A DNA stretch of 64,000 nt from an uncultured delta proteobacterium. GTDB taxonomy: Bacteria; Desulfobacterota; Syntrophia; Syntrophales; UBA2185. Position 1 is the first letter of the stretch. Each line of letters opens with the position of its first letter. Shown here piece by piece: positions 11,578 through 22,542 of this stretch. The notes beneath the pieces are model-generated. The model did not search any database, had not been told where the DNA came from, and saw only the letters and a list, made by a program, of their open reading frames with translations. A program made the translations under genes and the position numbers. The stretch is taken from positions 320,001-384,000 of the forward strand of contig CAVOID010000003.1 of assembly GCA_963695875.1 (NCBI GenBank), written 5' to 3'.

Positions 11578-12885
11578 GTGGTTATGAAAATCTGGGACGC
11601 CAAATATGAATGTATGCCGCGGGAAGAGCTGGAACAGCTTCAACTGGAAAGGCTGCAGGCAACTCTCAACAGGGTTTATAAAAATGTGACCTTCTACCGC
11701 AAGATGTTTAACGAATCGACGATAGTACCCGAGGATATGCAGGCCCTTTCCGGTCTGGCAAAGATACCTTTTACCACCAAGGAAGACCTGAGGATGAACT
11801 ATCCCTACGGTATGTTTGCCGTGCCCCTTAGAGAGGTTGTCCGGGTACATTCATCATCAGGGACAACGGAAAAACCTGTCGTCATCGGCTATACAAAAAA
11901 TGACATCAAAGCCTGGACGAACCTGGTAGCCCGCGTTATGACGGCGGCCGGGGTCACCCGCGACGATATGGTGCAGATTACGTTCAGTTACGGCCTTTAT
12001 ACGGGAGCCTTCGGGTTTCATTACGGGGCAGAGGCAATCGGCGCAAGCGTGATACCTACAGGCACGGGCAATACGGAAAAACAGATAATGATCATGCAGG
12101 ATTACAAAACAACGGCCCTCGTCTCCACGCCGACTTACGCCATAACCCTGGCGGAGAGGATGGAGAAGCTTGGTGTTAACCCGAAGGGACTATCGTTGAG
12201 AGTGGGACTTTTCGGGGGAGAACCGCTGTCGGAAGCCATGCGCGGGGAGATTGAAGCGAGGCTCGGCATCACTGCCACGGATAATTACGGCCTGTCGGAA
12301 ATTATCGGCCCGGGAGTGGCGGGGGAATGTGAATATAAATGCGGCATGCATATCTTTGAAGACGCCTTTATCCCGGAGATTATCGACCCGCTGACGGGTA
12401 AACAGTTGCCAGCCGGCAGTGTGGGAGAGCTTGTTTTGACCACCCTCACGAAAGAGGCCTTTCCCTTGATCCGTTATCGTACCGGAGATCTTACTTCTCT
12501 TGAGTATGACCAGTGCAAATGCGGGAGAAGTATTATCCGGATGAATAAGACTGTGGGACGTTCTGATGATATGCTCATCATCAAGGGCGTTAACGTGTTC
12601 CCTTCACAGATAGAGACTGTATTGATTGCAATTGTGGGAACAGAACCGCATTATCAGATCGTGGTTGACCGGAAGGGCGCTCAGGATTTATTGGAAGTAC
12701 ATGTTGAGGCCGCGGAAGGTACGTTCTTCGATGAAATGAAGAGGCAAAAAGCTTTTTTAGAGATGGTCGAAAAAAAGATAAGATCGGTGATCGGAGTAAC
12801 TGCCACAGTGAAACTGGTTGGGCCTAATACGATTTCCCGTCATGAAGGTAAGACGGGAAGGGTTGTGGATAGGCGTAAGATTTAA
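11578..12885 (+). CDS. paaK: Phenylacetate-CoA ligase family protein
   Basis: HSSSGTT, YGLSEIIGPGV, RYRTGD, GRSDDMLIIKGVNVFPSQIE. Confidence 0.9.
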   Translation: MVMKIWDAKYECMPREELEQLQLERLQATLNRVYKNVTFYRKMFNESTIVPEDMQALSGLAKIPFTTKEDLRMNYPYGMFAVPLREVVRVHSSSGTTEKPVVIGYTKNDIKAWTNLVARVMTAAGVTRDDMVQITFSYGLYTGAFGFHYGAEAIGASVIPTGTGNTEKQIMIMQDYKTTALVSTPTYAITLAERMEKLGVNPKGLSLRVGLFGGEPLSEAMRGEIEARLGITATDNYGLSEIIGPGVAGECEYKCGMHIFEDAFIPEIIDPLTGKQLPAGSVGELVLTTLTKEAFPLIRYRTGDLTSLEYDQCKCGRSIIRMNKTVGRSDDMLIIKGVNVFPSQIETVLIAIVGTEPHYQIVVDRKGAQDLLEVHVEAAEGTFFDEMKRQKAFLEMVEKKIRSVIGVTATVKLVGPNTISRHEGKTGRVVDRRKI

Positions 12886-13211
12886 TCCCTTCGGAATCCA
12901 GTAAACTGTCTGGATTGATCCGGAATCCAGACGCCTTCCCCGCGAAAGCGTGAACCATTAAAACTCCTGGACTTCTTCTTAAGCCCTGTCTGATCCTCAC
13001 TTTCAGCTACTTATCTACGCCCATTGTTTTACTAAGAACTTATTAATAATTCATTGAAAGCATCAAGCGTGACCGATTCGTTTATGTAGCACTTTTCACC
13101 CCGTTATGCTCAAGAGCGAGCAATGAAAAAATGAAATACGCCGCTTATTGGCAACACCTACAACTGCTCAGTGGTGGGCAATCTCAGAATTGATGATTAT
13201 GGATTGAAAGA

Positions 13212-13268
13212 GAGTAACGCCATGATGAGCCGCGACTGTAAGGAGTCTGCTCCATCATGTGGTTAGCA
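13212..13268 (-). other. Integron attC site 1
   Basis: Minus strand TGCTAAC-CA-CATGATGGAGC...GCTCATCATG-GC-GTTACTC; 57-bp imperfect palindrome with one extra base, 13 bp after the HNH stop. Confidence 0.85.
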
Positions 13269-13281
13269 GGTCCTCTATCAT

Positions 13282-14301
13282 TCAATCAAGATTCCGGTAC
13301 CATTCCAAAAAGTCCGGATCTTCTGTGTTGATGCCAACCCCAAAACAGAAATTTCTTTTCTTGCGAATCCTCTTGAATTCTTCCAACCCCGGATATGGGA
13401 TTCTAACCCGTTCCTCCCCCTTGTATTCAACACGATGAGTTCTCCACGACATATCCATGTAGGGACCAGACTGGACAACAAGCAAGCCTTCATCTAGACG
13501 AAAGCTTCGGTCTACGAATTGCCGCACTCTGTCGCATATGAAATTGGCCGCTCGCGTCAGTTCCAATACCAGGTCTTCTACAAGCTTGACGTGGAAGATG
13601 AATTCTCTGAACAGAGTTTCATACCTTTCCTCGTCCCACTCAGGAATATGGTAGAACTTTCTTGTCCAATATACGTCGTTGGTCTTTTCCGAGTATCTGT
13701 GGAAGGTATTCTGAAAGTCCTGCAAAACACGTCTGAAGTTTTCAAAGGAGTCTTCAAGCTCCGGGTATCGTTTCGGCCAGATTCTTGAGAAAATCCATTC
13801 TCTGAGGGATGACAGGCTTTCATCCACATCAACCCATAAAGTGGGATGATCGCCTCCGAGGATATGGGAGGTCCATGCCTTCCACTTCGCGACGTGTGCT
13901 GATTTCAGCCACGTGTCAACGTAGGTGGCGTAACGTTCGTCGTCGTGTTGTCTTTGCTGATCATAGGTAGTTAACGACTCCCGGACCCAACCCTCATGCA
14001 AAGCCTTTATTTCCTTCAGGTACTCGATTGAGTACATATGGTACTGATCGTCAATTATCTTGTGGTGTATTCTGCACAGCAGTATAAGATTGTCGTATTT
14101 GTTAAGCTTGTCTTCTGGGATCGCCGGGTCTCCTCTTGGACCATCAGAACTCTCGGCGATAATGTGACACTCTTCTCCAATCAACGATTCGTCATCTGTT
14201 TCGGTGGCATCCATGACCAGCTCTTTGCGACAGTCAGGCATTGCACAGCGGTTGCCGGAACGCCCCCACAACATCTTGTGTGTCTTAAGCGTAATGCTCA
14301 T
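13282..14301 (-). CDS. HNH endonuclease domain protein (gene cassette)
   Basis: LWGRSGNRCAMPDC...IGEECHI...PRG...NLILLCRIHHKIID, then an unrecognised helical C-terminal region. Confidence 0.8.
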   Translation of the reverse strand: MSITLKTHKMLWGRSGNRCAMPDCRKELVMDATETDDESLIGEECHIIAESSDGPRGDPAIPEDKLNKYDNLILLCRIHHKIIDDQYHMYSIEYLKEIKALHEGWVRESLTTYDQQRQHDDERYATYVDTWLKSAHVAKWKAWTSHILGGDHPTLWVDVDESLSSLREWIFSRIWPKRYPELEDSFENFRRVLQDFQNTFHRYSEKTNDVYWTRKFYHIPEWDEERYETLFREFIFHVKLVEDLVLELTRAANFICDRVRQFVDRSFRLDEGLLVVQSGPYMDMSWRTHRVEYKGEERVRIPYPGLEEFKRIRKKRNFCFGVGINTEDPDFLEWYRNLD

Positions 14302-14353
14302 ATATCTTCAGTCCTTGTCTGCTAACATTTAATATACCAAACTGGTCGAAGGA

Positions 14354-14409
14354 GAGTAACAACGGGGTCAGCCGGGTGTTTGCGCATCGGCTGCACTGAC
14401 CCATTGGGC
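14354..14409 (-). other. Integron attC site 2 (variant left core)
   Basis: Minus strand GCCCAAT-GGGTCAGTGCAGCCGA...CGGCTGACCCCGTT-GTTACTC; 56 bp. Confidence 0.75.
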
Positions 14410-14462
14410 TATCATCTTTTTTGCTACATCTCCTTCTTTTGGACTTGGTCACGCATCAATAT

Positions 14463-14834
14463 TTAGTGGTTCTCAAAGGCTGTTTTCAATTCGGTTTCTG
14501 AGGGAGGGTATATGTTGTACCAATCGTGCTTATAGACTCGCTCCCTTTCCTTGTCAATCACCGAACGATCAAGAGGGATGTCATGACCGGGGGTTCCTCG
14601 CTTTTTCCCCACCACAATAGAGGTGAGAGCAGGAAGCTTGTTGTCAAGACAGTAATAGGCAATATGTCCCAGAATTTTGTCGAGTACTCCTTGAGCTTTC
14701 TTCTTGTACATAAGTACCGAAAGTTCTTCATATGTAGTTGTCTGTCTTTTTATGGCCATTCCAACAAGGATTTGCCATGCCTGAACGGCTCTTGCCGCAT
14801 GTTGTGAAGACGGGTTAAATAACTTCATGTTCAA
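14463..14834 (-). CDS. Hypothetical protein (gene cassette), possible winged helix
   Basis: 123-aa ORF with GAGGGG RBS, between attC sites 2 and 3. Confidence 0.7.
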   Translation of the reverse strand: MNMKLFNPSSQHAARAVQAWQILVGMAIKRQTTTYEELSVLMYKKKAQGVLDKILGHIAYYCLDNKLPALTSIVVGKKRGTPGHDIPLDRSVIDKERERVYKHDWYNIYPPSETELKTAFENH

Positions 14835-14887
14835 TCCCCCTCAGATTAAACTCGTAATCTTTAAGCCACTCCCAATTCCTCACTTGA

Positions 14888-14945
14888 GTACAACAAAAAG
14901 ATCACCGGCCCGAGGAACGAGGACAGGTGGATTTATTGGTTATGT
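14888..14945 (-). other. Integron attC site 3
   Basis: Minus strand ACATAAC-CAATAAATCCACC...GGTGATCTTTTT-GTTGTAC; the stop codon of the upstream ORF lies inside the left core. Confidence 0.85.
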
Positions 14946-15814
14946 GCTATCTTTCCTCACCAAACGCTTGGCGTCACAGATCAGTGCCACCGCCGCATCA
15001 GGACCGCGCTTAATATCTTGCATCTCAATCATTCGCTCAGCAACCCACACCGACGCTCTGCCAACTGTGAATAGTGTTCCAGTGAGAGCAGACCAGACAG
15101 GCCCGCCGAGAGTGCACCGATGCATACGCCGGCCCCCACGGATATTAATCCTTCCCAGCTAAAGATCGAACTCAATGCTCCCGTCGTTGTCTTGAGCCCA
15201 TGTTTGCGAATCGACCACTCATAGTCTTCAATCCTGCGCGCGATAAGATCCCTTGCATGTTCAACAGACTGTGCCGACAAACTGTATTCAAGCCAGAGCC
15301 TAAGCTCCCGGTACTTTCTTATAGCTTCCTCGTCGCTACGAAACTCGAGTATTTGTTCCCAGGATACGTGGTCTTCGATGATTTCGGGCAGATTTTCCAG
15401 CGCGGCTTGGTAGACCAAGGTGTTGCCGGATGGATAATCTAACAAGTAACGTTCCTGCCTTTCGTAGACCGGCGTGACGGAATACCCAGATAGCCTATAG
15501 CACTCCACTCTAACTCGAACGAAAACCTCATCGAAAATGTTGGACATATCATCCGCCGTAAACGCCGAAATAGGCCTTTTTAATTTAGGGCTGTTAAAAA
15601 GGAGTTGTTTTTTTATTGTCTCAAATTGCGCTTCAAAATATTCGTCGATTTTGGGGAAATCGAATTTAACCCATGATGGGATATTGTCGCGACGGTCCCA
15701 CCAAGGCGGAACATAGATACGGTCAAACATTAAGGCTGCTCTCTTGGTGACTCGCGGTTGTGGATATGCGTATCTCTCGCCTGGCACCTGTATGCTATAT
15801 TTTGGGTCGCTCAT
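14940..15814 (-). CDS. Hypothetical protein (gene cassette), one apparent frameshift
   Basis: ORF 15029..15814 joined to ORF 14940..15125 near 15120; ends on the TAA of attC site 3. Confidence 0.7.
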
Positions 15815-16312
15815 ATGATCACACTTAATATACGAACTTCGTAAAACATGTAAATTTGTTTAATACTGCTCTGCAGGAGTTGCTTCCAGAGTTTCCAGAA
15901 GGCATTTTTGAACAAGGACAGCTAATGAACACTCGCCAGTTACGCTTGTTCATTTCAACGTGAAATCTACATCAATCATTCTTGATATGTCTATTATTTC
16001 TTTCAGGAAGGATGGCGCGTCCTTTAAGCAGAAAAAACAAATCTTCAAGATTTGCACGTTTCAACCCGCATTCAATGACATCGTCTGGTGGTCCCTCTTA
16101 CTGCTTTGTATTTTGAATTTGTTTACCCTTTCTTTGTCGTTGGTTATCTCTTATTAGGAAGAAGTTAGGCCTTATGCAGCTTTAGTTATTAAGTGATAAT
16201 AGGAAAAATAATGCTTGATTAAAATAAAATCTTCAATTAGTTAAAAACATTATGCAAAAAATCATACCATACTGTATATATGTATAACTTTTAAAGGAAT
16301 GGAGAATGGCAA

Positions 16313-16687
16313 GTGGTAGAAATTGATTTTGAGAAAGGCAAAGGACTTTTACCGGTTATCGTTCAGGATTATGAGACAGGAGAAGTTCTGATGCTTGCCT
16401 ATATGAATCGCAAGGCATGGCTGGAAACACTGGAGACAGGGAAAGCTACATACTGGAGTAGGTCGAGAAATGAGCTGTGGGTTAAGGGAGAAACTTCAGG
16501 TCATGTCCAGATTGTCAAAGAAATCTTAGTCGACTGCGATTCTGATACCCTTTTGCTGAAAGTCCAGCAGGTAGGCGGTGCTGCTTGCCATACAGGGTAT
16601 AAGTCATGCTTTTATAGAAAAGTTACGAATGGAAAGACGGAGATCATAGGAAAACCTGTTTTTAAGCCGGAGGATGTATATAAATGA
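16313..16687 (+). CDS. hisI: Phosphoribosyl-AMP cyclohydrolase
   Basis: [32 protein letters not shown]. Confidence 0.95.
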   Translation: MVEIDFEKGKGLLPVIVQDYETGEVLMLAYMNRKAWLETLETGKATYWSRSRNELWVKGETSGHVQIVKEILVDCDSDTLLLKVQQVGGAACHTGYKSCFYRKVTNGKTEIIGKPVFKPEDVYK

Positions 16688-17556
16688 AGAAATTGAAGCT
16701 GGGAATACCGAAGGGAAGCCTGGAAGCCAAGACGGTGGACCTTTTCAAAATGGCCGGCTGGCGTATTTCATACGATGAGAGGAGTTATTTCCCTGATATT
16801 GATGATGAGGAGATCTCTTGCACGCTTGTGCGTGCGCAGGAGATGTCAAGATATGTGGAGGATGGGACTCTGGATCTGGGTCTTACGGGGAAAGACTGGA
16901 TTATCGAGAATGACTCAAATGTCGTCGAAGTCCAGGATCTGATTTACTCGAAGGCATCGGTAAGACAGGCACGGTGGGTTCTGGTAGTCAGAGAAGATTC
17001 CCCTATCCGGGCTCTCGAAGACATGGAAGGAAAGAGAATTTCGACGGAGCTGGTCAAATTTACGGAAAGGTATTTCAGGGAAAGGAATATCAATGTTCAT
17101 GTCGAATTTTCCTGGGGTGCAACGGAGGCAAAGGTTGTTGAGGGCCTCGTAGATGCCATTGTGGAGGTTACTGAAACAGGAAGCACGATTAAGGCCAACA
17201 AATTAAGGATAGTTCATGAACTGATGAAGACCAATACGAAGCTCATTGCCAATACCGATGCATGGGATGATCCCTGGAAACGAAAAAAGATAGAGCAGAT
17301 CAGGACACTGCTGAATGGTTCATTGCTGGCCATGGGTAAGGTAGGTTTGAAGCTGAATGTGTCCAAGGAGAATCTCGGGCGGGTTGTTATCCTCCTGCCA
17401 TCTCTGAAGGCGCCCACGATATCCGGGTTATACTCGAATGACTGGTATGCGGTTGAGACAATAGTGAGCGCGAACATCGTGCGGGATTTAATCCCCCTGC
17501 TTCAGGAGGCTGGAGCCGAAGGTATTATTGAATATCCCCTGAATAAAGTTATCTGA
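16684..17556 (+). CDS. hisG: ATP phosphoribosyltransferase, long form
   Basis: [28 protein letters not shown]. Confidence 0.95.
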   Translation: MKKLKLGIPKGSLEAKTVDLFKMAGWRISYDERSYFPDIDDEEISCTLVRAQEMSRYVEDGTLDLGLTGKDWIIENDSNVVEVQDLIYSKASVRQARWVLVVREDSPIRALEDMEGKRISTELVKFTERYFRERNINVHVEFSWGATEAKVVEGLVDAIVEVTETGSTIKANKLRIVHELMKTNTKLIANTDAWDDPWKRKKIEQIRTLLNGSLLAMGKVGLKLNVSKENLGRVVILLPSLKAPTISGLYSNDWYAVETIVSANIVRDLIPLLQEAGAEGIIEYPLNKVI

Positions 17557-17570
17557 AAGGCGTGAAAATA

Positions 17571-18158
17571 ATGGCGCGTAAAGCAAAGATACACAGGAAA
17601 ACAACGGAAACAGACGTATCGATAGAGATTAATCTCGATGGCGCCGGTAATGGAAAAATATCCACCACAATCAGCTTTATGGATCATATGCTTAATCTCT
17701 TTGCCCGGCACGGTCTCATTGATCTGGCTGTAAACAGCAGGGGTGATACGCATATTGATGACCATCATTTGGTTGAGGATATCGGCATATGCCTTGGCGA
17801 CGCCGTTAAGAAAGCTATCGGTGATAAAAAAGGAATAGCCCGTTACGGATCGGCAACCGTTCCCATGGATGAAAGCTTGTGCAGTGCGGTACTGGATATT
17901 TCAGGAAGACCTTATCTGATTTACAATGTGGATTTTAAGAGCAAAAAAATCGACAAATTTGATTACTCTCTGTTAAGGGAATTCTTTAAATCTTTTTCAG
18001 ACCATAGCGGAATGACCTTGCATATTAATCTTATTTATGGTAAGAACAACCACCATATAGCAGAGGCGATTTTTAAGGCCTTTGCACTTGCCTTGAGTAA
18101 AGCAGTGACCATTCACGGCCGTATAGAAGGCATCTTATCCACTAAGGGAAGCCTGTGA
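17571..18158 (+). CDS. hisB: Imidazoleglycerol-phosphate dehydratase
   Basis: RKTTET, FMDHML, DDHHLVED, PMDE, NNHHIAEAIFKA. Confidence 0.95.
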   Translation: MARKAKIHRKTTETDVSIEINLDGAGNGKISTTISFMDHMLNLFARHGLIDLAVNSRGDTHIDDHHLVEDIGICLGDAVKKAIGDKKGIARYGSATVPMDESLCSAVLDISGRPYLIYNVDFKSKKIDKFDYSLLREFFKSFSDHSGMTLHINLIYGKNNHHIAEAIFKAFALALSKAVTIHGRIEGILSTKGSL

Positions 18159-18179
18159 TCAGCATTCTCCAAAAAGGAG

Positions 18180-18985
18180 GTGGCAATATCCGGAGAGAAT
18201 CATCCAGGTATTTTAAATCGGTTTAGCCATCTCTTTCTTTTATGTTTCATTCTTATTATAGTTTCCGGTTGCCATTACGCAAGTGGTGTATCTACTACTC
18301 TTAAAGATGACGGGAAGGTTGTCTTTAAGCGTATTGCCGTAGTCCCTTTCCAGCGAATCAGTCCGGAAGAAGCAGACATCAAGACAGTGCGCTGTCCTGT
18401 GTGCGGCCTGATCCTTAGGACCGAAAAATTTCCCCAGGGTTCAGAGAAAGTTGTTGAAGATATCTTTTTTGAACGTCTCACAGAGATGAAGGTATTTACT
18501 CTCATACCACCGGAGAGAGTCGGGGGTATTTACGAGAGAATTACCGGCGGTCTTTCTAAGGCGGATTCATAGAAATTTTGAAGAAGGTCGGCGATGAACT
18601 GGAAGCAGACGGGATTATGTTAGGTTATGTATACCGCTACAGGGAAAGAAAGGGATACGCATACTCAGCTGAGAAACCGGCATCGGTTGCCTTTGAAATC
18701 CATCTGATCAGGGTTAGCGATGGAGCCGTTGTGTGGAAGGGTATCTTCGATAAGACACAAACGTCGTTGATGGAGGATATGCTTCAGATTTCTTCTTTTT
18801 TAAAAGAACGGGGAAGGTGGGTTACTGCGAAGGAATTGACAGCAGAAGGTATGGATGAGGTATTGAGAGAAATTCCCCAGGTCGCGGAAGAATTGACCCA
18901 GATACGATCAAGGGTATTCGTATGGAGTACTGTAATGGAATTTTCTGTGAGCCGGAAGATCAAGAATGTTCGTGTTGGGAGTTAA
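18180..18985 (+). CDS. Putative lipoprotein, frameshifted; 3' end uncertain
   Basis: Hydrophobic stretch plus VSGC lipobox, RIAVVPF, CPVCG; continues in ORF 18578. Confidence 0.65.
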
Positions 18986-18988
18986 ACA

Positions 18989-19722
18989 GTGATCATTATA
19001 CCGGCAATCGATTTAAAAGATGGCCGGTGTGTGACGGCTTGCGCAGGGAGATTTCCGTCGTGTTACGGTATATTCAGAAATCCTGTTGAGATAGCAAAAA
19101 GTGGCAGGAAAATGGAGCAGACGCGTATACATGTCGTTGATCTTGACGGTTCACTTGCCGGTTCACCGCAGAACAGGGATGTAATCCGGAAGATCGTCGA
19201 AGAAATCGAGGTGCCGATCCAGGTGGGCGGTGGAATAAGGGAGATAAAAACCATCGATGACCTATATAGGCAATAGGCGTCCATTGGGTAATCCTGGGAA
19301 CAATGGCCCTGAGAAAATGAGACTTCGTAAGGGAAGCATGTGATGCTTACGCGGCAGGATTATTCTTGGTATTGATGCGAATGACGGAAAGGTAGCAGTT
19401 CAGGGGTGGACGGAACAGACGTCGGAAACTGTTATTGATATCGCGACGACGCTTACGAAGGGTATGGTGCTGGACGCGATAGTCTATACGGACATTAAAA
19501 GAGATGGCATGGAGACGGGCCGAATGTAGAGGCGACCAGAAACCTTGCCCAGCTCTGTTAAATATACCGGTGATTGCATCAGGGGGCGTCTCAAGCATGC
19601 AGGATATTGAGGAGACTTCTTGACGTGGAGAATGTTCGGGGTAAGTGGGGTTATTATCGGTAAAGCCTTCTACTCAGGTGCCGTATCTTTGAGAGGAAGC
19701 GATAGAACTTTCGAAGTATTAA
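18989..19722 (+). CDS. hisA: ProFAR isomerase, several apparent frameshifts
   Basis: IIPAIDLKDGRCV, HVVDLDG, QVGGGIR, YTDIKRDG, IASGGVS, IIGKAFY. Confidence 0.9.
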
Positions 19723-19797
19723 ATTTCTGTGAAAACACATTCTTAAAGCGCCACCGTTCAGGTGGAGAGGCTTCACATAAAAAAGGGAGGAGCAGTA

Positions 19798-20141
19798 ATG
19801 GAAAGACTGTATTTTTTGCAAAATTGTAAATGGTACAATACCGAGCAGCAAAGTTTATGAGAATGACGAGGTATGGCCTTTGATGATATACATCCTATGG
19901 CTCCCGTCCATGTCATTATTATTCCGAAAAAACATATCCCGACTCTCCTGGATGTGACAGCCGCAGATATTAGCTATGTGAGTTCCATGGTTACTGCTGC
20001 ACAGGAAGTAGCACGGATTAAAGGTATTGATAAAAGAGGATTTCGCATTGTTATAAATTGTAATAAAGAAGGGGGACAGGTCATTTTCCACCTGCATATG
20101 CATGTTTTGGGGGGAAAAAACTAAAGGATGAACTGGCCTGA
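19798..20141 (+). CDS. HIT family nucleotide-binding protein
   Basis: DCIFCKI, AFDDIHPMAPVH, GQVIFHLHMHVLGG; frameshifts. Confidence 0.9.
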
Positions 20142-20210
20142 TTCTGGGAATCTTGACAAATGATTGAAATGACTTAAATTAGTGTAGTTAGAAGTGATAT
20201 AGGTGATCTA

Positions 20211-20660
20211 ATGGAAATTGATGCAAAAGGTTAATGTGAAATGGTTTTAGCGGCCAAGGCAAAGGATAAGGTTAGATTGTCTGCGATACGGATGATTAAG
20301 ACAGGCATTCATAACAGGGAAATAGACCTGAAGAGAAAAATGATGAATGCAGAATTTCTGCAGTTGTTGTCACTATGGTGAAACAGAGAAAGGATTCCAT
20401 CGACCAATTTCAGAAAGGGTGGAAGAGACGGATCTGGTTGAAAAGGAAGAGGCGGAACTGAAGGTTATCCAGGAGTTCATGCCCGAGCAGATGTCGGAGG
20501 AAGACATAGATGCGGAAATTCGAAATGGTCATCAAGGAAGTCGGCGCTGTTAGTATAAAAGACATGGGGAAGGTCATGAAGGTTCTCATGCCGAAATTAA
20601 CCGGCAAGGCTGATGGAAAAATGGTCGGGGGACAAGTTAAAAGAAAAGTTGTCATCCTAA
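20211..20660 (+). CDS. GatB/YqeY domain protein
   Basis: RLSAIRMIK, EEAELKVIQEFMPEQMS, KDMGKVMK, GKADGK; several frameshifts. Confidence 0.85.
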
Positions 20661-20702
20661 AGGTACAGGGTAAGTTCCGGCAGACTAAAGAGGACGACTA
20701 TC

Positions 20703-22486
20703 TTGAAAGGACATATTTCTCCAGATAAGATAGAGGAGGTAAAGAGAAGAGCAGATATCGTTGATCTGGTTTCAGAATATGTTACCCTGAAAAAAGGGGG
20801 AAGGAATTTTCTCGGGCTCTGTCCCTTTCACAAGGAAAAAACGCCTTCTTTTACGGTAAACCGTGACAAGCAGATATTCTACTGCTTTGGATGCGGGGAA
20901 GGGGGCAATGTCCTTGACGTTTTTGATGAAAATGAACAGCATGTCATTTCCTGAGGCAGTAAGGCATTTGGCGGGAAAGACAGGCGTTGTCATACCGGAA
21001 AGAGTTTTAACCCGTGAAGAGAAGGAACGAACCAGTGCGAGGGATGAAATTAACCGGATTAATCAAATGGCGGCGAAATATTTTTCCGAGAATCTTTTTT
21101 CGCAGGCAGGAAAAGGGGCACGGGAGTATCTAAGGGACAGAGGAATACAGGATGAGGTAGTCAAAGAATTTTGCCTCGGCTTTGCCCTCGATGGATGGAG
21201 ACATCTCAAGGAATACTTTGAAAAGGCAAAAGTTTCCTTGAAACTTGTTGAACAGGCGGGTCTGATCATTCCAAAAACAAACGGAGGCGGGTCTTTTTAC
21301 GACCGGTTCCGGGGGCGATTGATTTTCCCTATTGAGGATGTCGGCGGTAATGTTATTGCGTTTGGCGGCAGGATTCTCGGTGATGGCGAACCAAAATATT
21401 TGAATACTTCCGAATCACCCGTGTATGTCAAGGGGAAAAATCTCTATGGTCTGAACCGAACGAAGGAAGACATTCGTCAGAAAGGATATGCCATCCTTGT
21501 TGAAGGGTATTTTGATTTAATTACCCTGTGGAGTGCGGGCATCAGGAACGTTAGTTGCCACCCTCGGGACAGCTTTGACGAGAGATCATGTTGATCTGAT
21601 CAGGCGATATACGAGGCAGGTGGTTGCCTGTATTCGATCCTGATATTGCGGGGAAAAAGGCTCTGGCGCGGAGTATTGAACTGTTTCTTTCCGGGAATGT
21701 ACACGCAAAGGCTGTAGTGCTTCCTGAAGGCTATGATCCGGATAAATATGTAAGGACATATGGAAGTGAAGCTCTCATGGGGATTATCGACAGCGCCCAG
21801 TCTATGGTCGATTACTATATTGAAAATTTCATCGGAAGAGTTGCTACGGTTGAGGAAAAGAGAGATGCATTGAGAGAAGCGGCCTTTTTTATTGTCAATA
21901 TTGACAATATAAGTGAGAGAGATTTATTCATAAGAAGGGTATCGGAGAAATTAGGTTTAAATCAGGAACTTTTGACAAAAGAAGTTAATCGCGCATTGAA
22001 AGTTTCGATCGGAAAAACAGCAATGCTTCAAAAGAGCGAAATATGGAAATTGACATGGTCGAGTTGAGTCTTATCCATATCATGCTGGAATATCCTCATA
22101 AGATTCCTGAAATTGCCAACGAGAATATCCTTGATTGTTTTATGAGTACGAATTTAAAATCACTTGCAGAAAAGCTGAAAGATTCTTTTGAAAAAGAGGG
22201 TCCAGAGGGTTTTGATGCATCATTGTTCATACAGAACATTGATAATGAAATTATCAGACAGAAGCTTCTTAAAAAAATGATCGATGAAAATCCCTATGAT
22301 GAAGGGATCATTGATCGTGTTATTACGGATACGATGAAACAGATTAAACGGAAGTGGTATAAAGAAAAAAGCGGGATTTTGAAAAGGGAGATTAGAAAAG
22401 CAGAGGAAAGCGGCAATCATGAATTGTGTAAAAAACTTTTAGAGGAAAAGGAAAGGTTATTAAGAGAAGAAAAAACATTATTATAA
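20703..22486 (+). CDS. dnaG: DNA primase
   Basis: [11 protein letters not shown]...CFGC zinc domain, [26 protein letters not shown]; split over four ORFs. Confidence 0.95.
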
Positions 22487-22542
22487 AAATAATCTGCGTT
22501 CCGATTTTTTTTATTTTGAAAATAACACCGGGAGAAACCAAT

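Noticed and set aside
15980..16105. Minus-strand fragment RANLEDLFFLLKGR resembling an ABC ATPase C-terminus
   Set aside because: Too short and lacks a start; at most a relic.
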